From Spirochaetales bacterium (GTDB lineage Bacteria; Spirochaetota; Spirochaetia; JABEVK01), in assembly GCA_037142615.1 (NCBI GenBank), contig JBAXAI010000017.1, forward strand, positions 1-64,000: a stretch of DNA of 64,000 nt. The letters are read 5' to 3'. Below the pieces are notes generated by a model that worked only from the letters and a program-made list of their open reading frames with translations, was not told the DNA's origin and did no database searches. This document shows positions 21,217-30,881 of the stretch, piece by piece; the stretch's first letter is position 1; each line of letters opens with the position of its first letter. The position numbers and the translations under genes were made by a program.

Positions 21217-21936
21217 CTACTGCGGAGCAGCCCACTTTCCCTGCGGCCCCGGCACTACCACCAACTCCTTCAAGCGCGCCAGAAACTCCGTTCGCGGAAT
21301 CTCTACCGCACCGAAACTGGCCAGGTAAGGGGTCTTCTGCTGGCAGTCGACCAACTGCACGCCCTGTTCGCGGGCTAACCAGGGCACCAGCGTGGCAAAC
21401 CCGACTTTGGAAGCGTTGGGGGCACGGCTGAACATGCTTTCGCCGCAAAACACGCCGCCCAGATGGATGCCGTACAGCCCGCCGACCAGTTCGGGAGTGG
21501 CCCCAGGCCCCGGCACTCGCCAAACCTCGACGCTGTGGGCAAACCCCACCTTGTGCAGTTCGGTGTACGCGGGAAAGTAATCGCTGGTGATCCAGGTGCC
21601 GCGCTGGCCAGGTCTCCGGGTTTCGGAGCAGCCGTGCATCACGTCGGCGAACGCGGTGTCGAACGTCACGCGGTAGGGGTTCTTCTTCAGCAGTTTGGCC
21701 AAGCTTTCGCTCACATGCAGGTGCGGGGGCTCAAGAACAAACCGCGGATCGGGGCAGAACCAGAACGGAACCTGCTCTTCGGTGAACCAAGGGAAAAGTC
21801 CCTGGCGGTAGGCCGACACCAGCATCCCAGGCGAAAGGTTACCCCCGGCGCCGACCAGCCCACTGTCATCGGCGCTGCTGGGATCGGGGAACTCGAACTC
21901 CTGGTCCCACTCCAGCCGGGGGAAAGCGTCAGCCAA
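21217..21936 (-). CDS. aat: Leucyl/phenylalanyl-tRNA--protein transferase
   Basis: AYRQGLFPW, CPDPR, GTWIT, AHSVEVW, GGLYG, GESMFS and NASK. Confidence 0.95.
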   Translation of the reverse strand: MADAFPRLEWDQEFEFPDPSSADDSGLVGAGGNLSPGMLVSAYRQGLFPWFTEEQVPFWFCPDPRFVLEPPHLHVSESLAKLLKKNPYRVTFDTAFADVMHGCSETRRPGQRGTWITSDYFPAYTELHKVGFAHSVEVWRVPGPGATPELVGGLYGIHLGGVFCGESMFSRAPNASKVGFATLVPWLAREQGVQLVDCQQKTPYLASFGAVEIPRTEFLARLKELVVVPGPQGKWAAPQ

Positions 21937-24229
21937 CCTTCACCTTGAGCTCGTCGCCTTCGACCTCGAGCACGGCCTTGCCACCGTGTTCCAGCTCGCC
22001 AAAGAGCACCGAGTCGACAAACCACGCCTTGACGTGCTCCTCGACGGTGCGGGCAATGTTGCGGGCCCCGTACTCGTCGGAATAGCCCTTGGTCGCCAAC
22101 CAGGTGAGGGCCGCCGGGGTGACTTCCACGCTGATCTTCTTCTCTTCCAACAACTTACGGAACTCGTCGATTTCCTTGCTGACGATGTTCTCGATGATGT
22201 TCTGCGCCAGGCGATGGAACACCACCACCTTGTCGAGGCGGTTGCGGAACTCGGGAGCAAACGCCTTTTCGACGGCCCGCAACACTTCGGTGCCGGGGAC
22301 CACTTTGCTCTCAAAGCCGATCATGCTCTTGCCGATCTCGCGGGCACCGGCGTTGCTGGTCATGATGAGAATCACATTGCGGAAGTCGGCCTTGCGCCCT
22401 TGGTTGTCAGTGAGCGTGGCGTAATCCATGATCTGCAGCAAAATGTTGAAAATGTCGGGGTGGGCCTTCTCGATTTCGTCGAGCAGCACCACGGCGTGGG
22501 GCGTCTTGCGGATGGCGTCGGTGAGTTGACCGCCTTCGTCGTAGCCCACGTAACCGGGAGGCGAACCGATGAGGCGGCTCACGGTGTGTTTTTCCTGGTA
22601 CTCGCTCATGTCGAAGCGGTGCACGGTGAGCCCGAGTTCGGCGGCCAAGCTTCGTGCCAATTCCGTTTTGCCCACACCGGTCGGTCCCACGAACAAAAAG
22701 CTCGCCACCGGTTTGCCCGGTTTTTTGAACCCGGCACGGCTGCGCTTGATGGCGGCGGTCACCTCGGCCACGGCGGCGTCCTGGCCGAAGATCACGCCGC
22801 GCAGACGCTCAGCAAGCCCGGCCAGCTTGTCTTTTTCGTTGGTGGTGACGGTCTTTTCGGGAATGCGCGCGATGCGGGCGAGCACCTTTTCGACCTCGAT
22901 CGGGGTGACGGGCCTGTCGATTTGCGCCTCGCGGTCGGGGTAGAGGAAGTTGGCCACCCACGCCCCGGCCTCATCGATCACGTCGATGGCCTTGTCGGGC
23001 AGGTGCCGTTCGGTAATGAACTGGTGGCTGAGGTCGACGGCGCTGTGGAGAGCTTCGTCGCTGTAGGTGACTTTGTGGAACTCTTCGTACTTGGGTTTGA
23101 GTCCCTGAAGGATGAGGTAGGCCTCGTCGGTGGTGGGCTCGAGCACGTCGATCTTCTGGAAGCGGCGGCTGAGCGCACGGTCCTTGTCGAAGTACTTGCG
23201 GTACTCCTCGAAGGTGGTGCTGCCGATGCACTTGAGCTTGCCCGACGCCAGCGCGGGCTTGAGCAGGTTGCTGGCGTCCATGGATCCGCCCGACACAGCC
23301 CCGGCGCCGACGATGGTGTGAATCTCGTCAATGAACAAAATGACCTTGGGCAAGGCTTGCAGTTCGCTGATCACCTTTTTGAGGCGTTCCTCAAAGTCGC
23401 CCCGGTAGCGGGTGCCGGCAATCAGGTTGCCCATGTCGAGGCTGTACACGCTGTACCCGCGAAGGGCCGGCGGCACCTGATCGGCGACAATGCGCTGGGC
23501 CAGACCCTCGGTGATGGCGGTCTTTCCCACCCCGGGCTCTCCCACGTGGATGGGGTTATTCTTCAGGCGGCGACACAGCACCTGGATGGTGCGTTCCAGA
23601 ATGTCGGCACGGCCGATCAGCGGCTCGAGCTCACCCTTTTTAGCCAGGTCGGTCAGGTTGGTGGTGAACTGGTCGAGAAACGACTTCTTCTTTTTTCCTT
23701 CGGCCGGGGCAGACTCCGCCGAGGCTTCGGGCTCGTCATCGGTGCCGCCTTCCCGTTCCAACAGGTCCTCGAGGGCTTCTTCCTCGTCATCGGGGCCATG
23801 ACTGAGAAAACGGGTGAGGCCCAGGCGGTCGACCCCTGCGCTGCGGAGCGCAAAAGCCGCGTAGCTGTCCTTCTCGTCGAGGATGCTCACCAGCACGTCG
23901 CCAGTTTCCACATCGTCCTTCTGGGCCGAAACCGTGTGCATGATAGCGCGTTCGATAACGGTCTGAAAACCCAGAGACTGGGTGGGCTCATCTTCGTCAG
24001 AAGGTTCGCCGACCACGTCCCTGGCAGGAACTTCTTTCGCCAGATAGCTTTCCAGCAGATCTCGGACGACCTTGACTTCGCCTCCGCACCCTTCGATCAG
24101 CTTGACCTGTGAGTCGAACTGAAGTGAGCACAGCAGCAGGTGCTCGGGGGTCAGGTACTCGCTTCGGCGGCTCTTGGCCTCTTCAAAGGCCAGATTGAAG
24201 ATCGCCTGGAGTTCATGGGAAATTTTCAT
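21929..24229 (-). CDS. clpA: ATP-dependent Clp protease ATP-binding subunit ClpA
   Basis: Two AAA+ modules (GEPGVGKT and GPTGVGKT), RFDMSEY, IGF loop, no long middle domain; next to clpS and aat. Confidence 0.95.
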   Translation of the reverse strand: MKISHELQAIFNLAFEEAKSRRSEYLTPEHLLLCSLQFDSQVKLIEGCGGEVKVVRDLLESYLAKEVPARDVVGEPSDEDEPTQSLGFQTVIERAIMHTVSAQKDDVETGDVLVSILDEKDSYAAFALRSAGVDRLGLTRFLSHGPDDEEEALEDLLEREGGTDDEPEASAESAPAEGKKKKSFLDQFTTNLTDLAKKGELEPLIGRADILERTIQVLCRRLKNNPIHVGEPGVGKTAITEGLAQRIVADQVPPALRGYSVYSLDMGNLIAGTRYRGDFEERLKKVISELQALPKVILFIDEIHTIVGAGAVSGGSMDASNLLKPALASGKLKCIGSTTFEEYRKYFDKDRALSRRFQKIDVLEPTTDEAYLILQGLKPKYEEFHKVTYSDEALHSAVDLSHQFITERHLPDKAIDVIDEAGAWVANFLYPDREAQIDRPVTPIEVEKVLARIARIPEKTVTTNEKDKLAGLAERLRGVIFGQDAAVAEVTAAIKRSRAGFKKPGKPVASFLFVGPTGVGKTELARSLAAELGLTVHRFDMSEYQEKHTVSRLIGSPPGYVGYDEGGQLTDAIRKTPHAVVLLDEIEKAHPDIFNILLQIMDYATLTDNQGRKADFRNVILIMTSNAGAREIGKSMIGFESKVVPGTEVLRAVEKAFAPEFRNRLDKVVVFHRLAQNIIENIVSKEIDEFRKLLEEKKISVEVTPAALTWLATKGYSDEYGARNIARTVEEHVKAWFVDSVLFGELEHGGKAVLEVEGDELKVKVG

Positions 24230-24537
24230 AGGGGCTCCACGGTGCACTTAAGGGGGTAATCGTTGTCCTGGGCCAGTTTGACCACCTCGTTGGCCTTGGT
24301 GGCCGCGATGTCATAGCTGTAATTGCCCACCTTGCCTTTGCCGCTGCGGTGAACGTCCATCATCTTCTTCAGAGCGTCTTGCTCCTGAAGCTGAAAGATC
24401 TTCACCAGCACGTAGACCACAAAGTCGCGGGTGGTGAAGTGGTCATTGTAGATGACGCAGGAGTAACGGGGCGGCTCGGTGACTTTGTCCCTGGTTTTTT
24501 CCAGCAGACCGGTGTCGTTGTTGGCTTGGTTTGCCAT
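24226..24537 (-). CDS. clpS: Clp protease adaptor ClpS
   Basis: YNDHFTTRDFVV, MMDVH, YDIAATK and YPLKC. Confidence 0.93.
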   Translation of the reverse strand: MANQANNDTGLLEKTRDKVTEPPRYSCVIYNDHFTTRDFVVYVLVKIFQLQEQDALKKMMDVHRSGKGKVGNYSYDIAATKANEVVKLAQDNDYPLKCTVEPL

Positions 24538-24568
24538 GGCAACAATATGGCTTTGACCCCGTCAAAAG

Positions 24569-25393
24569 TCAAATCAGCGCGACACTCAACCAGTCGGCGG
24601 CGGGCCTAAGCGGGTCGCGAAGATGGCCCTCGTCCAGAACCACGGCTTGGCCCGGGAACTCGAGCCGCAGAAGGAAGAACACGCCACCCCCAGCCGCATA
24701 GGAATCTTGGCGCTGGCGGAGCAAGTTTCGCGTTTCGAAAACCCTCCGGCGCGCAAGATACTGAATAATGAGGGTGCCAGGCACGATGCGGTACTCCAGC
24801 GGAAAGAAGAAGACGATGCGGATCAACGGAATGCCGGCGAACGTCCAGAACACCGGCCCCAGCCAACTCTGCCAGGTCGCCAGCAGGGCTCCTGTCAAGG
24901 CCGTCCCCAGGGCAAACAGCGTCAGCGAAATCAACCCCACGAGCGTGCTGCGCAAGCGCAAGGCTTCGCCGGGCACCGGAAAAAGGTCGGGTCGATGGTC
25001 GCGGATCTGCTCAAGCAAGTCTTCGAAGCGCAACAACTTGTGTGACAGTTTGAGCCGCCCTTCAGGAGACCTCAGGACGGTGTGAAGGTCGCAGGGAATT
25101 ACCCTTACCTGCGTAAGGGCATCGAGGTGCAGGCGGCGCGCCCCCCCAAAACTTCGCAGGACCAACGACGTGCCTTCCTCGGACTCGTTCCAATGGACAG
25201 TTTCAAACGAGGCAACCCAGTTCGCAGCAAAAAAACCACTGACCGCGAGGAAGGTCACAAACGCTACCCAACCGTAAGTGCCCCAGTAGGGCCCCGAAAA
25301 CAAAACCATGACAAGGGCGACTCCCAGAAACAGGAGGCTCAGGGTCAGGTTGGTGAGGCGCTCGGGTAGACTCCTGCGGTAGGTTTTCGTCAC
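24569..25393 (-). CDS. Hypothetical membrane protein
   Basis: Two pairs of hydrophobic segments, each followed by a soluble region. Confidence 0.65.
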   Translation of the reverse strand: MTKTYRRSLPERLTNLTLSLLFLGVALVMVLFSGPYWGTYGWVAFVTFLAVSGFFAANWVASFETVHWNESEEGTSLVLRSFGGARRLHLDALTQVRVIPCDLHTVLRSPEGRLKLSHKLLRFEDLLEQIRDHRPDLFPVPGEALRLRSTLVGLISLTLFALGTALTGALLATWQSWLGPVFWTFAGIPLIRIVFFFPLEYRIVPGTLIIQYLARRRVFETRNLLRQRQDSYAAGGGVFFLLRLEFPGQAVVLDEGHLRDPLRPAADWLSVALI

Positions 25394-25427
25394 GGTGCGT
25401 GGTATACTAGCATCTTAAGGAGCTCCT

Positions 25428-26168
25428 GTGAACCGACATTGCGGATCCGTCCTGACCCTTGTTGCCGCCTTGCTTTTGGCCCCCGCGTTGGGTATCCCGG
25501 CAGCGGCTGAAACCTTGATCGATCAACTCTATGCCCAGAGGCAGTTTGACTTGGCCGACGCCTACTGGCTTGCGGGCCAGAAGTTCACCGAACTCGGTCA
25601 AAAGGAGCGGGGCGCAGAGTTTCAGGCCAAGGCAAAGCACTTGTTTCCGGGTTATGTTGCCGGCAAGGCTCCCGAGTTTGCCGTGGTTCCCGAGGCCCAA
25701 GCGATCGCCGTGGCCGCCGTTCCGGAAACGCCCCGCATGCCCGACGTCACGGTGGTCCGCGAGCAGAATCTTCAGGGTGAAAAGATCGCCAAACTCGCCT
25801 GGAACAAGCTTCTGCGCGGCTTCCTGAGTTCGAATGCCGATACCATTGCCTCGGTGCTGGCCGACAAGCTCACCCTACCCCGCGAAGGGAACCCCGAGGT
25901 ACTCGCCACCGCCGGGATGACAACCCAAATCGAGGCCTTCTTTCAGGATCATGTGCTCGACGTGTCAGCTCCGGCGGACCTCTACGATCTGGCTTCCATG
26001 AAGTCATCGGAAGGGACCGAACCCGGATCGGTGGTCCTGACCGTAGCGGCGCAACCCGAAGCTCCTGCCGAACTGGAGACTCTTCTCCCCTTCTGGAAGC
26101 CTGTGCAGCAGTTTACTTTCGTGCGCAGCGGCGACACCTGGAAGCTCGCTGCCATCAGCGGCGAATAG
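25428..26168 (+). CDS. Hypothetical exported protein
   Basis: Signal-peptide-like N-terminus; AAGGAG RBS. Confidence 0.7.
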   Translation: MNRHCGSVLTLVAALLLAPALGIPAAAETLIDQLYAQRQFDLADAYWLAGQKFTELGQKERGAEFQAKAKHLFPGYVAGKAPEFAVVPEAQAIAVAAVPETPRMPDVTVVREQNLQGEKIAKLAWNKLLRGFLSSNADTIASVLADKLTLPREGNPEVLATAGMTTQIEAFFQDHVLDVSAPADLYDLASMKSSEGTEPGSVVLTVAAQPEAPAELETLLPFWKPVQQFTFVRSGDTWKLAAISGE

Positions 26169-28193
26169 CTACTGCGGGCCGAAGTAGGTCAACTGGGCCC
26201 GACCGCTCTGCTTGAAGTTCTGAACCTCGACGGTCACCGGTATGCTCCGGGTTCCGGCCTCCGGAGGGGTGATGGCTGTGTACTTCAAGCTATACAACCC
26301 ACTCACCCGCTCGTTCACGGAGGCTTCAAACGGGCGCAGGTCTTTTTTGACCGACCAAGCCCTGCCCCCCGTGGCTTCCATCAAGTAGCTCAGCTCTGCG
26401 GCCAGCGGCGCGTCGTTCACCGAGGCTACGTCAAACACAATGCCGTTGTTTCTCAAGAAGGCCGCTGTTTCGGTCAGATTGAAGCGGGCAAAGCCCTTGG
26501 CGGCCACTGTACCACCGGTCACGTACACCACGGTACGCCGCTTGAGCGAGGGAATCATCGAAGAGGCCGCTTGGAGGACAGCAAGGTCAAACTGCCCCGT
26601 GGTGGTCAGCGTTGCAGGATTCACCGCGGCGTTCTGGTTTTCGCTGACGCCCGACAACCGCTGGTTTTGCGGCAGCGGGTTGTTCCCCGCAGCGTAAAGC
26701 CATACACCGCCCCTGTCAGCGAAGGTTTGCGTAAAGAATCCTGTGGCCTCGCGGATACCGGCTTCCTCTCGGGCCATGGCAGGGTCGCGGTCAATGACCA
26801 GCGCCGTCTCGGACTCGTTGCTACGGTACCCTTGAAAGGCCAGCGTGGGGGTCACGAGGCGTTTTCCGCTCTCGCTGAGCACAAAATTGCCCACCTTGAG
26901 CCCGGTCACTGGGCGGCCCCAACGGTCCTCGACGGTAAAATCGACCGAAATCTCGGGGTAGGCCTTCGTATTCAAGCGGACAATCCGGACTACCAGGCCG
27001 CTGTAGATGGTCTGCCCTTCGGTCAACACGCGGATTTTGTTGTCGTCAAAATCGGCCAGCACAAGGTTGTGGTTCGCGTCGATGGCCGACGAGGTCACCT
27101 TGAGCCCTTGGTTCCAGTCGGGGTCAAACGGCACCAAAGTATCAGAGGCGGGGTCGAGGAACTGGACCCGGGTCTCGTCGCTGACCAGGAGTCGACCGTC
27201 GGTTAGCAACTGCAAGCTCTCGGGGGCCTCCAGCCGACCGGCCGCGTAGGTTGCCAGCCAATTGCCGTTGGGATCGAAGGCAAGCACAGACTTCAGGCTC
27301 TTGTCGGCCACGTAGACCGTGCTTTCGGTGGCAGCTAGCCCCGTGGGATTCTTCAGGCCGGCGAAGCCGACCGCCGGTGCCCCAAAGCTGAGCAGGAAGT
27401 TCCCCTCGCGGTCGAACTTCTGCACGCGGGAATTACCCCAGTCGCTGACGTACAAAGCACTGCCGTCGCTGGCCAAGAACTGCGGCCCCAGAAACTTGCC
27501 CTCAGCACGACCCTTGCCTCCGAAACTCTTGGTCTTCAGGCCGGTGGAATCCAAGATGCTGATCTGGTCGGTCAGGAACTCGCTGACATAGTATTTGTCG
27601 TCCAAGACCAGGACATCGAACGGTGCCTGCAAGCCGCCGACGCCAGCGACCAGTCGCTTGACGAGGTTGCCGCCGGCGTCGATCTGGATCACTTCCTCGG
27701 TGCCGAACCCGGCGATCAGGTAACCGCCGTCCGGCAAGGTACGAAGAGCGCTGGGACGCAGAAAGAGTGTCTTGCCCTGAACGTCCTTGGCTTTTCCCGA
27801 AAGCTCGTACAGGGGCAGGTAGCGATCAGGCCCCTGGGTCTCGCGGTCCAGACTGCGCCGAGCGTCGAGCACGTCGACCCACGCGGTGAGGAGCTCGTTC
27901 TTGACGCCGGTTTGAAGCACATGCTTCCACTCGTTGAGGGCCTGTTCCACCAAACCCGAAGCGTAGAGGGCCTCGCCCAGCCAGGAGCGGGCGGTGGCCG
28001 CTTCGGGCTTGGAAACGAGGGCTTTTTCGAAGGCCAGCACCGCCCGCGAGTATTGTCCGTTGTGAAAGGCCACGACCCCTTCGTGCACCGCTTCGTCGCT
28101 GCGTACCTGGTCGTAGTCGAGGGCCTTGGTTTGGGAACCCAATGGCGAGGCCAACAGGAGTGCCAGCCAGGCGGTCGCCAACAGAGATTTCAC
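26169..28193 (-). CDS. Exported TPR + NHL-repeat beta-propeller protein with a C-terminal VWA-like domain
   Basis: Signal peptide, TPR segment, repeated YVSD/YVAD...VQKFD blades; GTGA overlap at the start. Confidence 0.8.
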   Translation of the reverse strand: MKSLLATAWLALLLASPLGSQTKALDYDQVRSDEAVHEGVVAFHNGQYSRAVLAFEKALVSKPEAATARSWLGEALYASGLVEQALNEWKHVLQTGVKNELLTAWVDVLDARRSLDRETQGPDRYLPLYELSGKAKDVQGKTLFLRPSALRTLPDGGYLIAGFGTEEVIQIDAGGNLVKRLVAGVGGLQAPFDVLVLDDKYYVSEFLTDQISILDSTGLKTKSFGGKGRAEGKFLGPQFLASDGSALYVSDWGNSRVQKFDREGNFLLSFGAPAVGFAGLKNPTGLAATESTVYVADKSLKSVLAFDPNGNWLATYAAGRLEAPESLQLLTDGRLLVSDETRVQFLDPASDTLVPFDPDWNQGLKVTSSAIDANHNLVLADFDDNKIRVLTEGQTIYSGLVVRIVRLNTKAYPEISVDFTVEDRWGRPVTGLKVGNFVLSESGKRLVTPTLAFQGYRSNESETALVIDRDPAMAREEAGIREATGFFTQTFADRGGVWLYAAGNNPLPQNQRLSGVSENQNAAVNPATLTTTGQFDLAVLQAASSMIPSLKRRTVVYVTGGTVAAKGFARFNLTETAAFLRNNGIVFDVASVNDAPLAAELSYLMEATGGRAWSVKKDLRPFEASVNERVSGLYSLKYTAITPPEAGTRSIPVTVEVQNFKQSGRAQLTYFGPQ

Positions 28194-28867
28194 TTGGCTT
28201 TGCCTCCGAGAGCCCGTTCGACCTCGACCAAATGGACCCGAAAGTCCACGTTGTCGGGTTGGGCATCGACGGCTTTTTGTAGGTAGAGCGCGCCCATTTT
28301 GTGCTGTCCCATACGGTAATACACCCACCCCAACGAATCGAGATAGGCCGGGTTATCCTTTTTCAGCGTGAGGGCCTTGCGGCAGTACGCCAAAGCCTTG
28401 TCGAGCAGCACGCCTTCCTCGGCCAGGATGTAGCCCATCGAGTTCAAAGCGTTGGCGTTGTCCGGATCAAGGGCCAAGGCCCTGTTGAGCCACGCGATCC
28501 CCTCTTTGCCGCGCCCGAGCGCCCACAGCACGTAGCCGTAGTTGGAAAAAACCTGAACCGACTCGACGCCCTCTTCGAGCATGCCTCGAAGAGCTGCCTC
28601 GGCTTCGGGGTAACGGCGATCCGTTGTCAAAAGGTAGCTGCGGATCATCTTGGCCTGAAGCAACTTGAGAAAGTTTGTCTCGTGCGAAATCAGAAGCACA
28701 AGAGCTGCCAGGGCCTCGTCGGAACGACCGAGCTTCGAATAGGAAAGCGCCTGGTAGTAGGCGGCCTCGGGCTCGTCTACCGGATCGACGTCTTCCAGAA
28801 AGTACAGGGCCTGTTCGTACATGCCCTGAACGAACATCCTGACGCCCTCGTCGAAGCCTTCGCTCAC
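28190..28867 (-). CDS. Tetratricopeptide repeat protein
   Basis: ALALDPDNANALNSMGY and NPAYLDSLGWVYY. Confidence 0.88.
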   Translation of the reverse strand: MSEGFDEGVRMFVQGMYEQALYFLEDVDPVDEPEAAYYQALSYSKLGRSDEALAALVLLISHETNFLKLLQAKMIRSYLLTTDRRYPEAEAALRGMLEEGVESVQVFSNYGYVLWALGRGKEGIAWLNRALALDPDNANALNSMGYILAEEGVLLDKALAYCRKALTLKKDNPAYLDSLGWVYYRMGQHKMGALYLQKAVDAQPDNVDFRVHLVEVERALGGKAK

Positions 28868-29589
28868 CAGGTTCCTCCGATCCAAGGGGCCGCAGTAGGT
28901 TGGGCAACCATCAGCGACAGCGCCACACACCCGCGTCGCACAAGGCCCCAGTCGGAGTCGTCGGGGATCTCGTCGTCACGGATCAGTCCCTCGACAAAAC
29001 AATGCTGATCGCCGCGCGGGTCGGTGAAGGTAACCACTTTGTCGAAGTACTTGCGCACCGAAGGAATGGCACTATGGCCGGCGAGTGGCAAGACCGGCTT
29101 TCCGGGAAGATTGATGTTCACGAAGTGCCCGGCGCGGCAAGAGGTCACAGCTTTTTCCCAATGCTCGGCGAGCCAACGGGCACCGGTGTCGAAGTCAAAC
29201 GGTTGGTGAAACGACGCCAGCGAAACGGCCACCGACGGCATACCCGCTAGCGCGCCTTGACGGGCAGCGGCGCAGGTGCCTGAGTAGACGACGTCGGTGC
29301 CCAGGTTGGGTCCGTGGTTGATTCCCGAAAGCACGGCGTCGATACTGGGAAGAAAGTCACCTCGCAGTCCGAGGAACACGCAGTCGGCAGGAGTACCCGA
29401 ACAGGAAAAACGCCGTTCACCTTCGTGGCGGATGCGCACCGGGCCCTGGAGGTGTATGGCGTGGCTGGTGCCGGAGCGTTCGCCGTCGGGCGCCACAACC
29501 CACACTTCGTGCCGGGAGCCGAAGGCGGCTTCCAGCGCGGCCAAGCCGGCTGCCCCGATTCCGTCGTCATTGGTCAGTAGAATGCGCAA
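28864..29589 (-). CDS. surE: 5'/3'-nucleotidase SurE
   Basis: RILLTNDDG, VAPDGERSG, GTPADCV, SGINHGPNLG and YSGT. Confidence 0.95.
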   Translation of the reverse strand: MRILLTNDDGIGAAGLAALEAAFGSRHEVWVVAPDGERSGTSHAIHLQGPVRIRHEGERRFSCSGTPADCVFLGLRGDFLPSIDAVLSGINHGPNLGTDVVYSGTCAAARQGALAGMPSVAVSLASFHQPFDFDTGARWLAEHWEKAVTSCRAGHFVNINLPGKPVLPLAGHSAIPSVRKYFDKVVTFTDPRGDQHCFVEGLIRDDEIPDDSDWGLVRRGCVALSLMVAQPTAAPWIGGTW

Positions 29590-29612
29590 GGAACCCCTCC
29601 CCCGCGTTGATC

Positions 29613-30809
29613 TTAGCCTTCGTGTTGCATTTGGACAAGCTGGTGTACTTGCGCGCCGGCCGAGGGTCGCAACGAAATCAGCTCGGCTTTGAAGCCGAAA
29701 ATCCGCTCGTATTCTTCGGACTGGTGCTTGAACGACTTCCACGCTTCGGGCCGAGCCAGGGCCAACACCGCGCCGCCGGACTCTTCACCAGTCATCCGGG
29801 CACCCGTCACCAGATCGGTTTCTTGCAGGCGTTTGACCAGCCAGTCGATTTCGGGGCACGAGACTTCGTAGAGGTCGCGCAGGCTCTCGTGGGAGCGGTT
29901 CATCAACCTGCCGACGGAGGCAAAGTCGCCTTCGCGAAAGGACTCAAGGGCTTCTTGAGCGCGGGACATCTCGTCGATAACGTGGAGGCTGCGGCGGCGG
30001 GCCGACTCCGGCAAAGTTCCAACCCGATCGCGAAGGTCGGTCTTCGTGTAATCCCTCAGCGAGCGCCCTGGTCTTCCAGTCGCCAACAAGCGAAGGCAGG
30101 CCTCGCACTCGGCCCGGGCCCTTCCGGACGAAGAATCGAACGAACTGGAGGGAACCCGGGAGTTGATCAACGTCATTTCGCCGGCTTCGGGGGGAAACGG
30201 GAGGTTTTCCCACTCAAAACTGCGCGTATCGAGAAAGAAGAGTTCGTCTTCCTGGCCAAAGGCCTGCACGTACGACGTGGCGGCCGTCGCAGGGAGGGAT
30301 TCACCACCTTGAGCGAAGTAGGCGGTCTCGGCTTTCTGAGCCATTTGTATCAGTTGGAGCACCGGAAATCCCGTTCCAAAAAACTCGTTGAACGCGAAAG
30401 CCGACGCCAAACAGAGCGCCTGAGAGGAGCCAAGCCCGATGCCCTGGGGAATATCGCCGCAGATGGAGAGGTCCAGACCATCGATCCGGACACCTTGCTG
30501 CGCGAACGCGGCCAAAACCCCTTTGGGGTAGTTCGCCCAGCGGTCCTCTTTGCGGAACTTCAAGTTTGTGGCGGCGGTTTTTTTGCGCTCGTTGTATTCC
30601 CGGGAATGAAACCGGACCAAGGCGTCGGAGCGGGAAGACACGGTCACGTACACTCGCCGCGAAATAGCTGCCGACAAGAAAAATCCCTTGGCAAACTCGG
30701 TGTGGTCACCCAACAGGCTGACCTTGCCCGGAGCCGAGGCCAGCACGGCGGGAGCAGTGCCATACTCCTTGTGATGCACTTCGTGGCAGGCTTCGAGCTT
30801 TGGATTCAA
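29613..30809 (-). CDS. Galactokinase-like GHMP kinase (divergent)
   Basis: APGKVSLLGDHTE, PQGIGLGSS, SHESLRDLYEVS and GARMTG; start uncertain (TTG at 30809 or 30857). Confidence 0.8.
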   Translation of the reverse strand: MNPKLEACHEVHHKEYGTAPAVLASAPGKVSLLGDHTEFAKGFFLSAAISRRVYVTVSSRSDALVRFHSREYNERKKTAATNLKFRKEDRWANYPKGVLAAFAQQGVRIDGLDLSICGDIPQGIGLGSSQALCLASAFAFNEFFGTGFPVLQLIQMAQKAETAYFAQGGESLPATAATSYVQAFGQEDELFFLDTRSFEWENLPFPPEAGEMTLINSRVPSSSFDSSSGRARAECEACLRLLATGRPGRSLRDYTKTDLRDRVGTLPESARRRSLHVIDEMSRAQEALESFREGDFASVGRLMNRSHESLRDLYEVSCPEIDWLVKRLQETDLVTGARMTGEESGGAVLALARPEAWKSFKHQSEEYERIFGFKAELISLRPSAGAQVHQLVQMQHEG

Positions 30810-30881
30810 CCGGGGTTTCCTTGAGCCCAGTGTAAGGGCAAAAGCTGGATTCTTCAACTTTTTTTTCCTATAATGCGATCC

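Noticed and set aside
21986-24112. 708-aa plus-strand ORF, and similar long antisense ORFs such as 15406-16773, 30999-32495 and 34034-35629
   Set aside because: Shadow ORFs opposite well-supported genes, expected in GC-rich DNA; no recognisable motifs
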